From: Hydrurus foetidus
Taxonomy: Eukaryota
Assembly: GCA_900617105.1 (NCBI GenBank)
Contig: UYFQ01000001.1
Coordinates: 2,418,001 to 2,482,000, forward strand
Length of the DNA stretch: 64,000 bases
Direction of reading: 5' to 3'
Shown: piece after piece, positions 39,536 to 49,766 of the stretch
Numbering within the stretch: position 1 is the first letter of the stretch
Layout of the letters: each line of letters begins with the position of its first letter
Position numbers and translations under genes: made by a program
Notes under the pieces: model-generated
What the model saw: only the letters and a program-made list of their open reading frames with translations
Database searches by the model: none
Told to the model about the DNA's origin: nothing

Positions 39536-40575
39536 GCCAGGCTTTCCCCGCTGCGCAGCGGCTTGAGCTGGCCCTGCCCGAACGCGAAACTCTCGGGCGG
39601 CGTCCAGCTTTCTTTTTTCAATGTCACTTTGCTTGTGTTGCGCGGCAAGCCATAAAAATCTGCACCATTGAAGCTGGCGAACGACTCAAGCTTGTGCAGC
39701 GCGCCCGCTGCTTCAAACGCCTCGGCGTACAGCTCCATCGCGGCGTGGGCGGTGTAGCAGCCTGCGCAGCCGCTGGCGTGTTCTTTCAGGCTGGCTGGGT
39801 GCGGCGCGCTGTCTGTGCCCAAGAAAAATCGGGTGTTGTCGCTGGTGGCGGCTTCAATCAGTGCCAGGCGGTGTGTTTCACGTTTGAGCACGGGCAGGCA
39901 GTAGTAGTGCGGGCGCAGGCCGCCAGTAAACATGGCGTTGCGGTTGTACAGCAAGTGGTGCGCTGTGACGGTGGCGGCGGTGAAGCGATCTGCATCGCGC
40001 ACGTAATGCGCGGCCTCTTGGGTGGTGATGTGCTCGAACACGATTTTGAGTTCAGGGAAATCGCGGCGCAGCGGTATGAGCTGGGTGTCAATAAACACGG
40101 CTTCACGGTCAAACAAATCAGTATCGGGCGAGGTGACTTCGCCGTGCACCAGCAGAAGCAAGCCTTCTTTTTGCATCGCCTCTAAAGTTTTGTAGGTTTT
40201 GCGCAAGTCGGTCACGCCTGCATCGCTGTTGGTGGTGGCGCCTGCGGGGTACAGCTTGGCAGCAACCACACCGGCGTCTTTGGCGCGTTTGATTTCGTCT
40301 GGCGGCAAGTTGTCGGTCAAGTACAGCGTCATCAACGGCTCAAACTTTATGCCGGCGGGCACGGCTGCTTGAATGCGCTTTTTGTAGGCCAGCGCCTGCG
40401 CCGCAGTGGTGACGGGCGGGCGCAAATTGGGCATGATGACGGCGCGGGCGAATTGCGCGGCAGTGTGCGGCACCACCGTGTGCAGCGCGTCGCCGTCACG
40501 CAGGTGCAGGTGCCAGTCGTCGGGGCGGTTAATTGTCAGGGTGGTAATAGGGGTCGAGGGCGGCGATGCAGTCAT
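39520..40575 (-). CDS. pyrC: Dihydroorotase
   Basis: [36 protein letters not shown]. Confidence 0.97.
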   Translation of the reverse strand: MTASPPSTPITTLTINRPDDWHLHLRDGDALHTVVPHTAAQFARAVIMPNLRPPVTTAAQALAYKKRIQAAVPAGIKFEPLMTLYLTDNLPPDEIKRAKDAGVVAAKLYPAGATTNSDAGVTDLRKTYKTLEAMQKEGLLLLVHGEVTSPDTDLFDREAVFIDTQLIPLRRDFPELKIVFEHITTQEAAHYVRDADRFTAATVTAHHLLYNRNAMFTGGLRPHYYCLPVLKRETHRLALIEAATSDNTRFFLGTDSAPHPASLKEHASGCAGCYTAHAAMELYAEAFEAAGALHKLESFASFNGADFYGLPRNTSKVTLKKESWTPPESFAFGQGQLKPLRSGESLAWRMV

Positions 40576-40603
40576 GGGTCAAATTGTCGCACCGACCGGG
40601 CGT

Positions 40604-40631
40604 AAAAAAGCCCGCTAGCGGCGGGCTTTTT
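40604..40631 (-). terminator. Intrinsic terminator after the ABC operon
   Basis: AAAAAAGCCCGC-loop-GCGGGCTTTTT. Confidence 0.85.
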
Positions 40632-40649
40632 AAGCAGACCGAAAGAAGA

Positions 40650-41393
40650 TCAATGCGCCAAAATTTTGTTCAAGAAATCTTTGGTACGCGGTTGGCGGTT
40701 TTCTGGGTGCATGAAGAACTCATTGGTTGAGCAGTCTTCCAGAATTTTGCCGCCCACGTCCATGAAGATGACGCGGCTGCCGACTTTTTTGGCAAAGCCC
40801 ATTTCGTGTGTCACCACCATCATGGTCATGCCTTCTTTGGCCAGATCCATCATGCAGTCGAGCACCTCACCGACCATTTCAGGGTCAAGCGCAGAGGTGG
40901 GTTCGTCAAACAACATGGCAATCGGGTCCATGCTGAGCGCACGCGCAATGGCGACGCGTTGCTGTTGACCGCCTGACAACTGGCCAGGAAACTTGTCTTT
41001 GTGCAGCATCAGGCCCACGCGCTCGAGATACTTCAGGCCATGTGCTTTGGCTTCTTCAGGCTTGCGGCCCAGCACCTTCATTTGCGCCAGAGTCAAATTC
41101 TCCGTCACGCTCAGGTGCGGGAACAACTCGAAGTTTTGAAACACCATGCCCACCCGGCTGCGCAGCTTGGGCAAATCAGTTTTAGGGTCATGTACCGCTT
41201 GGCCATCCACAAAAATCTGACCTTTTTGGAAGGGCTCTAGCGCGTTGATGGTTTTGATCAGCGTGGACTTGCCGGAGCCTGACGGCCCGCAGACCACCAC
41301 TACTTCGCCCTTCTTGATGCTGGTGGTGCAACTGTTCAAAACCTGAACAGTGCCGTACCACTTCGACACTTCTTTCATTTCAATCATTGCCAT
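40650..41393 (-). CDS. gltL: Glu/Asp ABC transporter ATP-binding protein
   Basis: [26 protein letters not shown]. Confidence 0.88.
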   Translation of the reverse strand: MAMIEMKEVSKWYGTVQVLNSCTTSIKKGEVVVVCGPSGSGKSTLIKTINALEPFQKGQIFVDGQAVHDPKTDLPKLRSRVGMVFQNFELFPHLSVTENLTLAQMKVLGRKPEEAKAHGLKYLERVGLMLHKDKFPGQLSGGQQQRVAIARALSMDPIAMLFDEPTSALDPEMVGEVLDCMMDLAKEGMTMMVVTHEMGFAKKVGSRVIFMDVGGKILEDCSTNEFFMHPENRQPRTKDFLNKILAH

Positions 41394-41441
41394 ATTCTTC
41401 TCCAGTACTTGTTCATTGAGCGGTTAAGTTTGCAGGCAGAC

Positions 41442-42128
41442 TTAACGAATAATCGCGATTTTGGTTTGCAGGCGCTTGACCATGTAAGACAGGCCAAAAC
41501 ACATGATGAAATACACCACTGCGGCTAGCAAATAGGCCTCTTCGGTGCGGCCATAAATTTTGCCCGCGGTGGTAAAGCCTTTAAGCAAGTCGTAGGCGCC
41601 AATCGCGTAGACCAGTGACGTGTCTTGGAAAAGAATAATCGTCTGCGTCAGCAAAATGGGCACCATGTTTCTGAAGGCCTGCGGCAACACAATCAACTTC
41701 ATGTTTTGCGCGTACGTCATGCCCAATGCGCGGCCAGCATTGACCTGCCCACGCGAAATTGACTGAATACCGGCCCGCATAATTTCACTGAAATAAGCCG
41801 CCTCAAACGCCACGAAAGTAATGATGGCAGAAATTTCAGCGCGGTTGTTTGCGCCCCCCGGAATCAACGCATAAAACCCAGCCGGTACCAGCAGAAAAAA
41901 CCACAAGATCACCATGACCAGCGGCACTGAGCGCATACCGTTGACGTAAATAGTGGCCGGTGTGGCTAGCCAAGCTTTGCCTGACAAACGCATTAACGCC
42001 AAAATAGTGCCGAGAATAATGCCGCCAATGGTGGCAATGATAGTTAACTGAATACTGAACCAGAAACCTTTTACGACGAACTTGGAGATGATCTCCCAGT
42101 TCAAAAAACTCATGTCTAAGCCGAGCAT
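41442..42128 (-). CDS. gltK: Amino acid ABC permease
   Basis: FEAAYFSEIMRAGIQS, ILFQDTSLVY. Confidence 0.85.
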   Translation of the reverse strand: MLGLDMSFLNWEIISKFVVKGFWFSIQLTIIATIGGIILGTILALMRLSGKAWLATPATIYVNGMRSVPLVMVILWFFLLVPAGFYALIPGGANNRAEISAIITFVAFEAAYFSEIMRAGIQSISRGQVNAGRALGMTYAQNMKLIVLPQAFRNMVPILLTQTIILFQDTSLVYAIGAYDLLKGFTTAGKIYGRTEEAYLLAAVVYFIMCFGLSYMVKRLQTKIAIIR

Positions 42129-42129
42129 A

Positions 42130-42852
42130 TTAATGTCCTCCGCCCGGTGCGCCAGCCATCACGAAGCCGGGGATTTGCGCCTTCTTTTCGATCAGCGCAA
42201 AAATGCGGTTCACAGCAAACGCTGAAATGGCGTACAGCACCGTTACAGCCAGGTAAATTTCAATGCCGCGCGAGGTCTCTTCTTGCGCCTGCATGGCGAA
42301 CATCGTCAGCTCGGCAATCGACACCGCAAAGGCCACTGAAGAGTTTTTCAGCAGGTTCATTGACTCGCTGGTCAGCGGCGGAATAATCATGCGCAGCGCC
42401 ATTGGCAAAATAACGTAGCGGTAAGTTTGCGCAGTGGTAAACCCCATGGCCATGCCCGCATAGCGCTGGCCGCGCGGCAAGGCTTGCACGCCCGCCCTGA
42501 CTTGCTCTGCAATACGCGCTGACGTAAAAAAGCCCAGCGCAAACACCACCAGTACAAAGCCGGGCACGTTCTTCATGGGCGGAAATATTTTGGGTACGAC
42601 GAAATACCAGATAAAAATTTGCACCAGCAAGGGAATGTTGCGAAACAACTCTACCCACGCGTTGGCGATTTTGGTCAGCAGCGGGCTGTTGGGCAGCGTA
42701 CGCAGGGTGCCAAAAAGCAGGCCGACGACTATCGCAACCACCCACGACGCGCCAGCCACAGCAAGTGTCCAGCCCCACGCATCAAACATCCACTGCAGAT
42801 AAGTTCTGCCGCTACCGTCGTCGTTTAAAAATACTTTCCAGTCCCAATTCAT
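42130..42852 (-). CDS. gltJ: Amino acid ABC permease
   Basis: ELFRNIPLLVQ, SARIAEQVRAG, PPLTSE. Confidence 0.85.
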   Translation of the reverse strand: MNWDWKVFLNDDGSGRTYLQWMFDAWGWTLAVAGASWVVAIVVGLLFGTLRTLPNSPLLTKIANAWVELFRNIPLLVQIFIWYFVVPKIFPPMKNVPGFVLVVFALGFFTSARIAEQVRAGVQALPRGQRYAGMAMGFTTAQTYRYVILPMALRMIIPPLTSESMNLLKNSSVAFAVSIAELTMFAMQAQEETSRGIEIYLAVTVLYAISAFAVNRIFALIEKKAQIPGFVMAGAPGGGH

Positions 42853-43001
42853 AACATCCCCTGCTTGTTATTGTTCGTCGCAGTCCGCCGATTCGCATTG
42901 ACTAGGCGTTTGGCAGAACCTACCACGCCATAAACAACAAACCCCGCAACTTGATGCCAAGAGCGGGGCTTAAAGTTGTCAAACGTTTTTGCTCAGCTGA
43001 T

Positions 43002-43892
43002 TTACTTCTGCGCGTAGTCTTCAGCTGGTTTGTCGTTCGGTTTGTCCCAAGCGGCTTTGGTCCCAGCGCTCAGGGCCAAGCCGACTTTTGCGTCCTTTGG
43101 AGGAATTGGCGATAAAAACCACTTCGTCCAGAGCTTGGTCATCTCTCCCGACTTGATCATGCCTTTCACAGTGTCATCGGCAAGACGCTTGAGCAGAGGG
43201 TCGTCCTTGCGGATCATGATGGCGATGGGCTCAACACTGAGCGGCTCTCCGACCAATTTGAAGTCGGCCGGATTTTTTGAAGTGGCGATGTTGCCGGCAA
43301 GAATGGAGCCGTCCATGACGAATGCGTCAGCGCGGCCTGACTCCAGCAGCAAAAAGCTGTCAGAGTGGTCTTTACCGAAAATTTCCTTGAATTCGACACC
43401 AGTAGCGCGCTTGTTTTTGCGCAGCGTTTGCACAGATGTAGTGCCGGTGGTGGTGGCGATGGTCTTGCCGTTCAGATCGGGAATCGACTTGATGCCGGAA
43501 TTGGCTTTCACTGCGATGCGCACCTCTTCAACGTAGGTGGTGACCACGAAAGCCACGTCTTTTTGGCGAGTAGCGTTGTTGGTGGTTGTGCCGCACTCGA
43601 TGTCGACAGTTCCGTTTTGCACCAGCGGAATGCGGTTTTGCGAGGTAACCGGCTGGAATTTAATTTCCAGCTTGCGGCCTGCCGCTTTCTCCAGATTCGC
43701 AATGATTTTCTGGCAGATCTCGACGTGGTAACCAGCGTATTTGCCTTCACCAAGCGTGTACGACATGGGCACGGATGATTCCCGCACACCCATGGTGACG
43801 ACGCCCGAGGCTTTTGTTTTGTCAAGGGTGTCAGCAAAGCCACTGCCCGCTGCTAGCAAAGAAAGGGACAACACGGCAAGTTTGAGTTTCAT
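43002..43892 (-). CDS. gltI: Glu/Asp ABC substrate-binding protein
   Basis: RESSVP, VTSQNRIPLVQNGTVDIECGTTTNN. Confidence 0.88.
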   Translation of the reverse strand: MKLKLAVLSLSLLAAGSGFADTLDKTKASGVVTMGVRESSVPMSYTLGEGKYAGYHVEICQKIIANLEKAAGRKLEIKFQPVTSQNRIPLVQNGTVDIECGTTTNNATRQKDVAFVVTTYVEEVRIAVKANSGIKSIPDLNGKTIATTTGTTSVQTLRKNKRATGVEFKEIFGKDHSDSFLLLESGRADAFVMDGSILAGNIATSKNPADFKLVGEPLSVEPIAIMIRKDDPLLKRLADDTVKGMIKSGEMTKLWTKWFLSPIPPKDAKVGLALSAGTKAAWDKPNDKPAEDYAQK

Positions 43893-44175
43893 GAGTTTCC
43901 TGTAGATAAAAGTAACGAAAAATTCTATTTAACATTCTAAAGAGCTTGACCCCGCGCTAGCCCATAGGTTTACCCAAGCTAAAGTCGAAGTTTTCCCGCG
44001 CCGCCAGCCTGCTGCCCAGCGGTGCGCCAGTCCATAAAGTGAAGCGATTGCGGCGGTTGACGACCTAAACCCTGAACCATTGACCAAACCTTGCTCCCCG
44101 GCTTGGTGCGCAACAGTCATTTGCACAACAACGCTACTTAAACGCCAGCCAACCGCCAGGGGCTGTAGCTTAGTA

Positions 44176-44191
44176 AGCAGGCTTTGTGCCA
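44176..44191 (-). promoter_or_regulatory. Candidate sigma-54 promoter for the glt operon
   Basis: TGGCACAAAGCCTGCT on the - strand, with GG-N10-GC spacing. Confidence 0.5.
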
Positions 44192-44322
44192 GATTTTGGG
44201 GTGCGGCAACCGATTGAATGCTTCCACATCAAAACGTACTGAACTGTAATTTGCGCCGTTTTAAAACGCCAATGCCAGTTACAAAACGCGTTATGCAATT
44301 TATTTATAACGGCTTAGGGTTG

Positions 44323-45294
44323 CTACTTAGACGCGCTTTTTGCGTCTGGCCGCGCAGGCGACTGCGCTTGCAAATATGTCCACAGCGCCTGCGCCGCGCT
44401 TTTTGTTGCCAGGCTGGTGGTGGCTTCACGGTTAGCTGGGCGCTCACGGTAAACGCGAATGTCCATCGTCATGTCTAACGCATTGCTGAGCATGTCAGCG
44501 GCGGGCACCAGCTTTTTGGCGCGCAGCTCTTTTTTAACTGCGCTGAACGGTAAAAACGCAATGCCGTGGCCTTCAAGCGCCATGGCTTTCAGCCCTTCTG
44601 CCATGTCAGTTTCGTACACCCGGTCTAAATGAATCGCCGTGCTGGACTGCTTCAAAATCAAGTCCACCACCCTGCCCAGGTAAGCACCCGGCGCGTAGCC
44701 CAAATACGGCAGCGGCTGCCCGGCACGGCCCGGCAGTTTGTACAGGGGCTCGCCGTCAGCGTTGGGTTTTACGTAGGGCGACAGCACCTCTTGCCCCAGC
44801 GTCACCATTTCATAACGGTTAGGGTCGAGCTGAAACGGCTGCGAGTCGTGGTGGTAAGCAATCAATAAATCGCAACTGCCCTCAACCAGGCGCAGCACGG
44901 CGTCGTGCACGTTCAGGGCAATCAGGCGGCTCTTGATTGGCCCAAACTTTTCACGCAAGCTGCTGACCCAAGCCGGGAAAAATGTAAAAGCCAACGTGTG
45001 CGGCACAGCAAACTCAATCACGTCTTGCCCCGCAGAGGTGTGGCCGCGCAGCATGGCGCGGGTGGACTGCAGGCCCTGCAGCATTTCAAGCGACTGGCTG
45101 TAAAGCGTTTCACCCGCCGGTGTAAGCCGCGTTGGGTACGAGCTGCGGTCGACCAAGTCAGTACCCGCCCAAGCCTCGAGCGCCTGAATGCGCCGCGAAA
45201 ACGCCGGCTGCGTAACGTGGCGCAGCGTGGCCGAGCGGCTGAAGCTGCGGGTTTCAGCCAAGCTGACGAAATCTTCAAGCCATTTGGTTTCCAT
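44323..45294 (-). CDS. LysR family transcriptional regulator
   Basis: SFSRSA..RHVTQPAFSRRIQALE. Confidence 0.95.
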   Translation of the reverse strand: METKWLEDFVSLAETRSFSRSATLRHVTQPAFSRRIQALEAWAGTDLVDRSSYPTRLTPAGETLYSQSLEMLQGLQSTRAMLRGHTSAGQDVIEFAVPHTLAFTFFPAWVSSLREKFGPIKSRLIALNVHDAVLRLVEGSCDLLIAYHHDSQPFQLDPNRYEMVTLGQEVLSPYVKPNADGEPLYKLPGRAGQPLPYLGYAPGAYLGRVVDLILKQSSTAIHLDRVYETDMAEGLKAMALEGHGIAFLPFSAVKKELRAKKLVPAADMLSNALDMTMDIRVYRERPANREATTSLATKSAAQALWTYLQAQSPARPDAKSASK

Positions 45295-45356
45295 AACCAG
45301 ATTATGTAAGCTTGGCCGAACAGGGCTGCTACGGGGATTCCCATAGGCACCTTGAG

Positions 45357-45405
45357 CGCTATTTTTTCAGGAGCTGTTTACGCCCGTATTATATGGACTA
45401 CAAGC
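45357..45405 (+). repeat. Family-1 repeat
   Basis: CGCTATTTTTTCAGGAGCTGTTTACGCCCGTATTATATGGACTACAAGC. Confidence 0.8.
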
Positions 45406-45537
45406 CAATTCGGTAGTGAAAAACCAGCAGATTTCATGCAGCCGGAGTGTTGTCGGACCTTTTTCAGCTTTCCAATCGCGCCGCCGCCAATTTGCGTCTT
45501 TATACCGACGCTTCACCTAGCGCCATGATGTGGCGCA

Positions 45538-46725
45538 TCAAGTCTGCCTGCCGGTTACCTTGACTCTAGCGTGAACCTCTTTCACGTGGGTGGCGACGGT
45601 GTTGCTAGAAACGCATAGATCGCGCGCGATTTCTTCATAACTGCTGCCGCGGCCAAGCGCAATCGCTACGCGCGCTTGGCTGCGGGTAAGGCCATACAAA
45701 TCCGCGACACGCTCTGTCGTGGGCATTTGCACGGCGTCTGGATCAGTGATGAAAACGACCATGCGTGCCCCCTTCGCGCCAACGCTTGAAAAGGAGGCGG
45801 GAAGAAGCGCTGCCTGCAAGGCGTAAAACTTGCCGGGCTCGGTTCGCGTTTGAAGGAAAGCACTGGAAAAGTGTTCAGTGGGCTGACCGGTCAGGGCGAT
45901 GGTTGATAGCTGATTCGCTATCCAGTCTTTAAGACTATCTGAGGGCTGCCCATTGCTATTGGCGCGACTCATTCCTGCCAGGCTATTTTGCGGGTCGAGT
46001 AACAGACCATCCCCCCGCGACAAAGCACTGCGGGCGCTTGGGTTCATGTGCAATATGCTCCCGGTTTCATCCAGCAGGCACGCGCCAAAATTCAGGCGGT
46101 CAAAAGCTGCTAACAACGAAGAATTTTGCACACGCAATGCATCGAGGTGATGCAGTAAACCCAAGGCGCGTGAAAGGTGGGGGACCAACAGCCGAAACCA
46201 GGCCACTTCGGCGGGGCTGAAGGTGGGCGAGTCAAAAGGTCTATAAACGGACAGGCAGGTCGTTGGAAGCCCGGGCGCGCCGCCCAGCAGCAATCCCGCA
46301 CATACACGGCCAATGTTCATGGTGGTAAGAAATTCACGATAAAAAACAGATTGCGCCAGCACATCGCGCGGCACGAGCTGTTCGTCCACCAACACCTCAC
46401 CTTCTTGCCAAAGGCCTTTTTCAAAAGCGCTTTGTGACCAAACGTCGTGGTCAATGTATTTCGTGCCCGAAAGAAGTACGTGCAACTCATCCATCTGCCA
46501 TGGGAAAAAAAAACCGCCCTCTTGGGGCCGCGCGTAGGGCGTGAACAAACAACCGCAGTGGGCGTTGAGCGACTGCGCAATGGCGCCTACGACGCCAGAC
46601 CAGTTTTGAGGCTCAGTAACTGCCTCGTAAATCTGGTGTGCCAAGGCTGAAAAGTCCTCAGCACTGCGGCCGCTGTCAGCCAGCATTTGCAGATTTGATT
46701 CGCTTATCTTGATAGCGGCGTTCAT
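45538..46725 (-). CDS. LuxR-type HTH regulator with sensor domain; probable frameshift in the last helix
   Basis: YGLTRSQARVA..L.RG....IA..L.VS.NTV.THVK; alternative frame continues RQADLMRHIMALGEASV* to 45500. Confidence 0.8.
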   Translation of the reverse strand: MNAAIKISESNLQMLADSGRSAEDFSALAHQIYEAVTEPQNWSGVVGAIAQSLNAHCGCLFTPYARPQEGGFFFPWQMDELHVLLSGTKYIDHDVWSQSAFEKGLWQEGEVLVDEQLVPRDVLAQSVFYREFLTTMNIGRVCAGLLLGGAPGLPTTCLSVYRPFDSPTFSPAEVAWFRLLVPHLSRALGLLHHLDALRVQNSSLLAAFDRLNFGACLLDETGSILHMNPSARSALSRGDGLLLDPQNSLAGMSRANSNGQPSDSLKDWIANQLSTIALTGQPTEHFSSAFLQTRTEPGKFYALQAALLPASFSSVGAKGARMVVFITDPDAVQMPTTERVADLYGLTRSQARVAIALGRGSSYEEIARDLCVSSNTVATHVKEVHARVKVTGRQT

Positions 46726-46812
46726 GCTTAAGAAAAACGCCGGGATTGCGGCACGAATTAATACTGGGTCGGGCGATGTTACAGCGTTGCAACATTCTAA
46801 AAGCCGTTGAAC

Positions 46813-48702
46813 TTACTCGGCGCTTTGCTGCAAAGTCCACATGCGGGCGTACTTCCCATCCATCGCCAGCAGCTCGGCATGCGTTCCGCGCTCGGCAATT
46901 TGGCCAGCGTCCATGACCAAAATTTCGTGCGCGTCTACCACCGTAGACAAGCGGTGGGCAATGACCAGTGTGGTTTTGTTTTGTGCGGCGCTTTTTAGCT
47001 CGCCTTGAATGGCGCGCTCGTTGGCTGAGTCAAGCGCCGACGTGGCTTCGTCAAAAATCATCACGGGCGGGTTTTTGAGCAGTGTGCGGGCAATCGCTAC
47101 CCGCTGCTTTTCGCCGCCTGACAACTTTAAGCCGCGCTCGCCGACCATGGTGTTGTAGCCCAGCGGCGTGTGGCTGATGAAGTCGTGAATATGCGCGGCT
47201 TTGGCCGCCTCTTCCACCTGCTGCCTTGACGCGCCAGGCTGGCCGTACGCGATGTTGTATTCGACCGTGTCGTTGAACAGTACGGTGTCTTGCGGCACGA
47301 TGCCAATGGCCCGCCGCACGCTGGCCTGAGTGACGTGTTTGATGTCTTGCCCGGCGATGGTGATGCTGCCTTGTTGAATGTCATAAAACCTGAACAGCAG
47401 CCTTGCGAGTGTCGACTTGCCTGCGCCAGATGAGCCGACGACGGCGACGGTTTTACCGGAGGGGATTTCAAAACTGATGTTTTTCAGGATGGGGCGGGCG
47501 GGGTCGTAGGCGAAGCTTACGTTTTGGAATTTGACGGTGGCGTCGAGCTGCGGGGAAGAGTCGGATGCGGGGATGCCCTCACCCCTGCCCTCTCCCGGGA
47601 GGAGAGGGAGAAAGACCAAGGGCTTTGCACCCGGCTCATCCGCAATCTCCCGCTCTTTTTCCATCAACGTGAACATCTTGTCGAGGTCGGTCAGGCTTTG
47701 TTTGATTTCGCGGTAAATCACGCCTAAAAATCCCAACGGTATGTAAAGCTGAATCATGAAGGCGTTGACCATGACTAGGTCGCCCAGCGTCATGCGGCCA
47801 TCAACCACGCCTTGTGTGGCGCGCCAGAGCATGGCCACCAGCCCGACCGCAATGATGAGCTGCTGGCCGCTGTTGAGCAGGCTCAACGTGCGCTGGCTTT
47901 TGATCGCTGCCTTGCGGTACTTGGCCAGGTTTTCGTCGTAGCGGGTGGCTTCAAAATTTTCGTTGTTGAAATATTTGACTGTCTCGTAATTCAGCAGCGA
48001 GTCAATTGCGCGGCTGTGAGCCGACGAGTCGAGCTCGTTCATTTCTTTTCTGAACTGGGTACGCCACTCAGTAACTGTCACGGTGAAGGTGATGTAGCAG
48101 GCCAACGCAGCCAGCGTGATCCAGGCAAACCACACGTCAAACTTCACCGCCAAAATACTCAGCACCAGCGTGACTTCAATCAAGGTGGGAATGATGCTGT
48201 ACAGCGAATACGAAATGAGGGAATGCACGCCGCGTGTGCCGCGCTCAATGTCACGCGTCATGCCGCCAGTTTGGCGCTCTAGGTGAAACCGCAGGCTGAG
48301 TGCATGCAAGTGCCTGAACACTTGCAGCGAGATTTTGCGCGAAGCACCTTCAGTTGCTTTTGAAAACACCAGCTCACGCAGCTCAGTAAACAGCGAGGTC
48401 GACAACCTGAGCAAACCATAGCCAAGCAGCAACGCGGCGGGCACCACCAGCAACGCTTGTGCGTCGCCCGGCTTGATGTTCATGGTGTCAACCAGATTCT
48501 TCAGCAGCAGCGGCACGCCGACGTTGCCCAGCTTGGCACACAGCATGAAGGTGAGTGCCGCCAGCACGCGCCATTTGTAGTCCCACAGGTAAGGAAACAG
48601 GCGTTTTAGGGTGTCCCAATCTGAGCGGGGTGGCACGGCAATAGCAGGTGCGGTGGAGGCCAGAACAGGTGGGGCAGCAGAATCAGGAGCCATGGAACGC
48701 AT
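46813..48702 (-). CDS. ABCB Atm1-type ABC exporter
   Basis: FHLERQTGG, DSLLNYETVKYF, GSSGAGKST, LSGGEKQRV. Confidence 0.92.
   Translation of the reverse strand: MRSMAPDSAAPPVLASTAPAIAVPPRSDWDTLKRLFPYLWDYKWRVLAALTFMLCAKLGNVGVPLLLKNLVDTMNIKPGDAQALLVVPAALLLGYGLLRLSTSLFTELRELVFSKATEGASRKISLQVFRHLHALSLRFHLERQTGGMTRDIERGTRGVHSLISYSLYSIIPTLIEVTLVLSILAVKFDVWFAWITLAALACYITFTVTVTEWRTQFRKEMNELDSSAHSRAIDSLLNYETVKYFNNENFEATRYDENLAKYRKAAIKSQRTLSLLNSGQQLIIAVGLVAMLWRATQGVVDGRMTLGDLVMVNAFMIQLYIPLGFLGVIYREIKQSLTDLDKMFTLMEKEREIADEPGAKPLVFLPLLPGEGRGEGIPASDSSPQLDATVKFQNVSFAYDPARPILKNISFEIPSGKTVAVVGSSGAGKSTLARLLFRFYDIQQGSITIAGQDIKHVTQASVRRAIGIVPQDTVLFNDTVEYNIAYGQPGASRQQVEEAAKAAHIHDFISHTPLGYNTMVGERGLKLSGGEKQRVAIARTLLKNPPVMIFDEATSALDSANERAIQGELKSAAQNKTTLVIAHRLSTVVDAHEILVMDAGQIAERGTHAELLAMDGKYARMWTLQQSAE
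47576..47608 (+). repeat. Family-2 palindrome, in-frame inside the ABC exporter linker
   Basis: CCCTCACCCCTGCCCTCTCCCGGGAGGAGAGGG; reads PLLPGEGRGEG. Confidence 0.85.
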
Positions 48703-48762
48703 AAAACACAAACCTTCAGGGACAATCGTGGGTAGACATTACTATTTACACAGATTGTGCCC

Positions 48763-49197
48763 ATGACCCTTCATACAAGTGCCAAGCTCAGCAATTCGCC
48801 TACTGGCGAGCCAGTTCATCTGCCGACTGACAAAGAACTGGTGCTGAAAGTCATCACCATGCCGGCTGACAGCAACGTCAACGGCGACATTTTTGGTGGC
48901 TGGGTCATGGCGCAAGTTGACTTGGCCGGGTCTGTGATTCCAGCGCGCATGGCCGCTGGGCGAATCGCCACCGTGGCGGTGAATCAATTTATTTTCAAGC
49001 AGCCGGTGAAGGTGGGCGACTTACTGAGCTTTTACGCCGAGGTGGAGCGGGTCGGCAACACGTCGATTACGGTGAAGGTCGAGGTGTATGCGCAGCGAAT
49101 GCGCCAGCCGGAGCCGATTATCAAAGTGACCGAGGCCAACTTGACTTATGTGGCGATTGACGACTTTGGCAAGCCGCGCAAAATCGAAATCACCTGA
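48763..49197 (+). CDS. Acyl-CoA thioesterase (YciA-like)
   Basis: MPADSNVNGDIFGGWVMAQVDLAG. Confidence 0.9.
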   Translation: MTLHTSAKLSNSPTGEPVHLPTDKELVLKVITMPADSNVNGDIFGGWVMAQVDLAGSVIPARMAAGRIATVAVNQFIFKQPVKVGDLLSFYAEVERVGNTSITVKVEVYAQRMRQPEPIIKVTEANLTYVAIDDFGKPRKIEIT

Positions 49198-49202
49198 AAC
49201 GA

Positions 49203-49694
49203 TCAGGACACGATGTAAGCTGCCGCGCCAGTAGACAGCAACTTGCCGTCAGCGCCCAAGAATTCCATGCGCGTGCTGGCCACGCGGGAGCCCAGGCGCA
49301 TTACCTCGGCGCGCAGTTCAAACGCCTCACCCAAGCCCGGGCGCAAATAATCCACCCGCAAATCAATGGTGCCAAGCCTTAAAAACCGCAGCAAACGCTG
49401 CGCGGGCGGCTCGTCCATGTGGCGCGCACCAATGGCCACCATCACGGCCAGCCCGCCCATGGCGTCAAGCCCCGCGCTGATGGCACCGCCGTGAATGCGG
49501 TTGTGCGCGTAGTGGCCAATCAGCTCAGGGCGCATGGCCATGGTGGCGGTAACGCGGTCTTGCGCCAGCGACGTGATTTTTAAGCCCAGGGTTTTGTTAA
49601 AAACTATCTTCTCTTCAAACAGCTCTTTCAAGCCTTGGGTGAATTCGGGTTCAAATGTGGGTGCGAAATCAGAATCGGTGGCAGCTTTTTTCAT
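49203..49694 (-). CDS. Hotdog-fold thioesterase
   Basis: IHGGAIS..LD, GTIDLRVDYLRPG. Confidence 0.88.
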   Translation of the reverse strand: MKKAATDSDFAPTFEPEFTQGLKELFEEKIVFNKTLGLKITSLAQDRVTATMAMRPELIGHYAHNRIHGGAISAGLDAMGGLAVMVAIGARHMDEPPAQRLLRFLRLGTIDLRVDYLRPGLGEAFELRAEVMRLGSRVASTRMEFLGADGKLLSTGAAAYIVS

Positions 49695-49766
49695 GCTGTT
49701 GATTGTCGCCCTTCCCTACAAGACTGCCGGTAAGACTACGTTAAGCGAAAACATTGAAAGCCGCAC

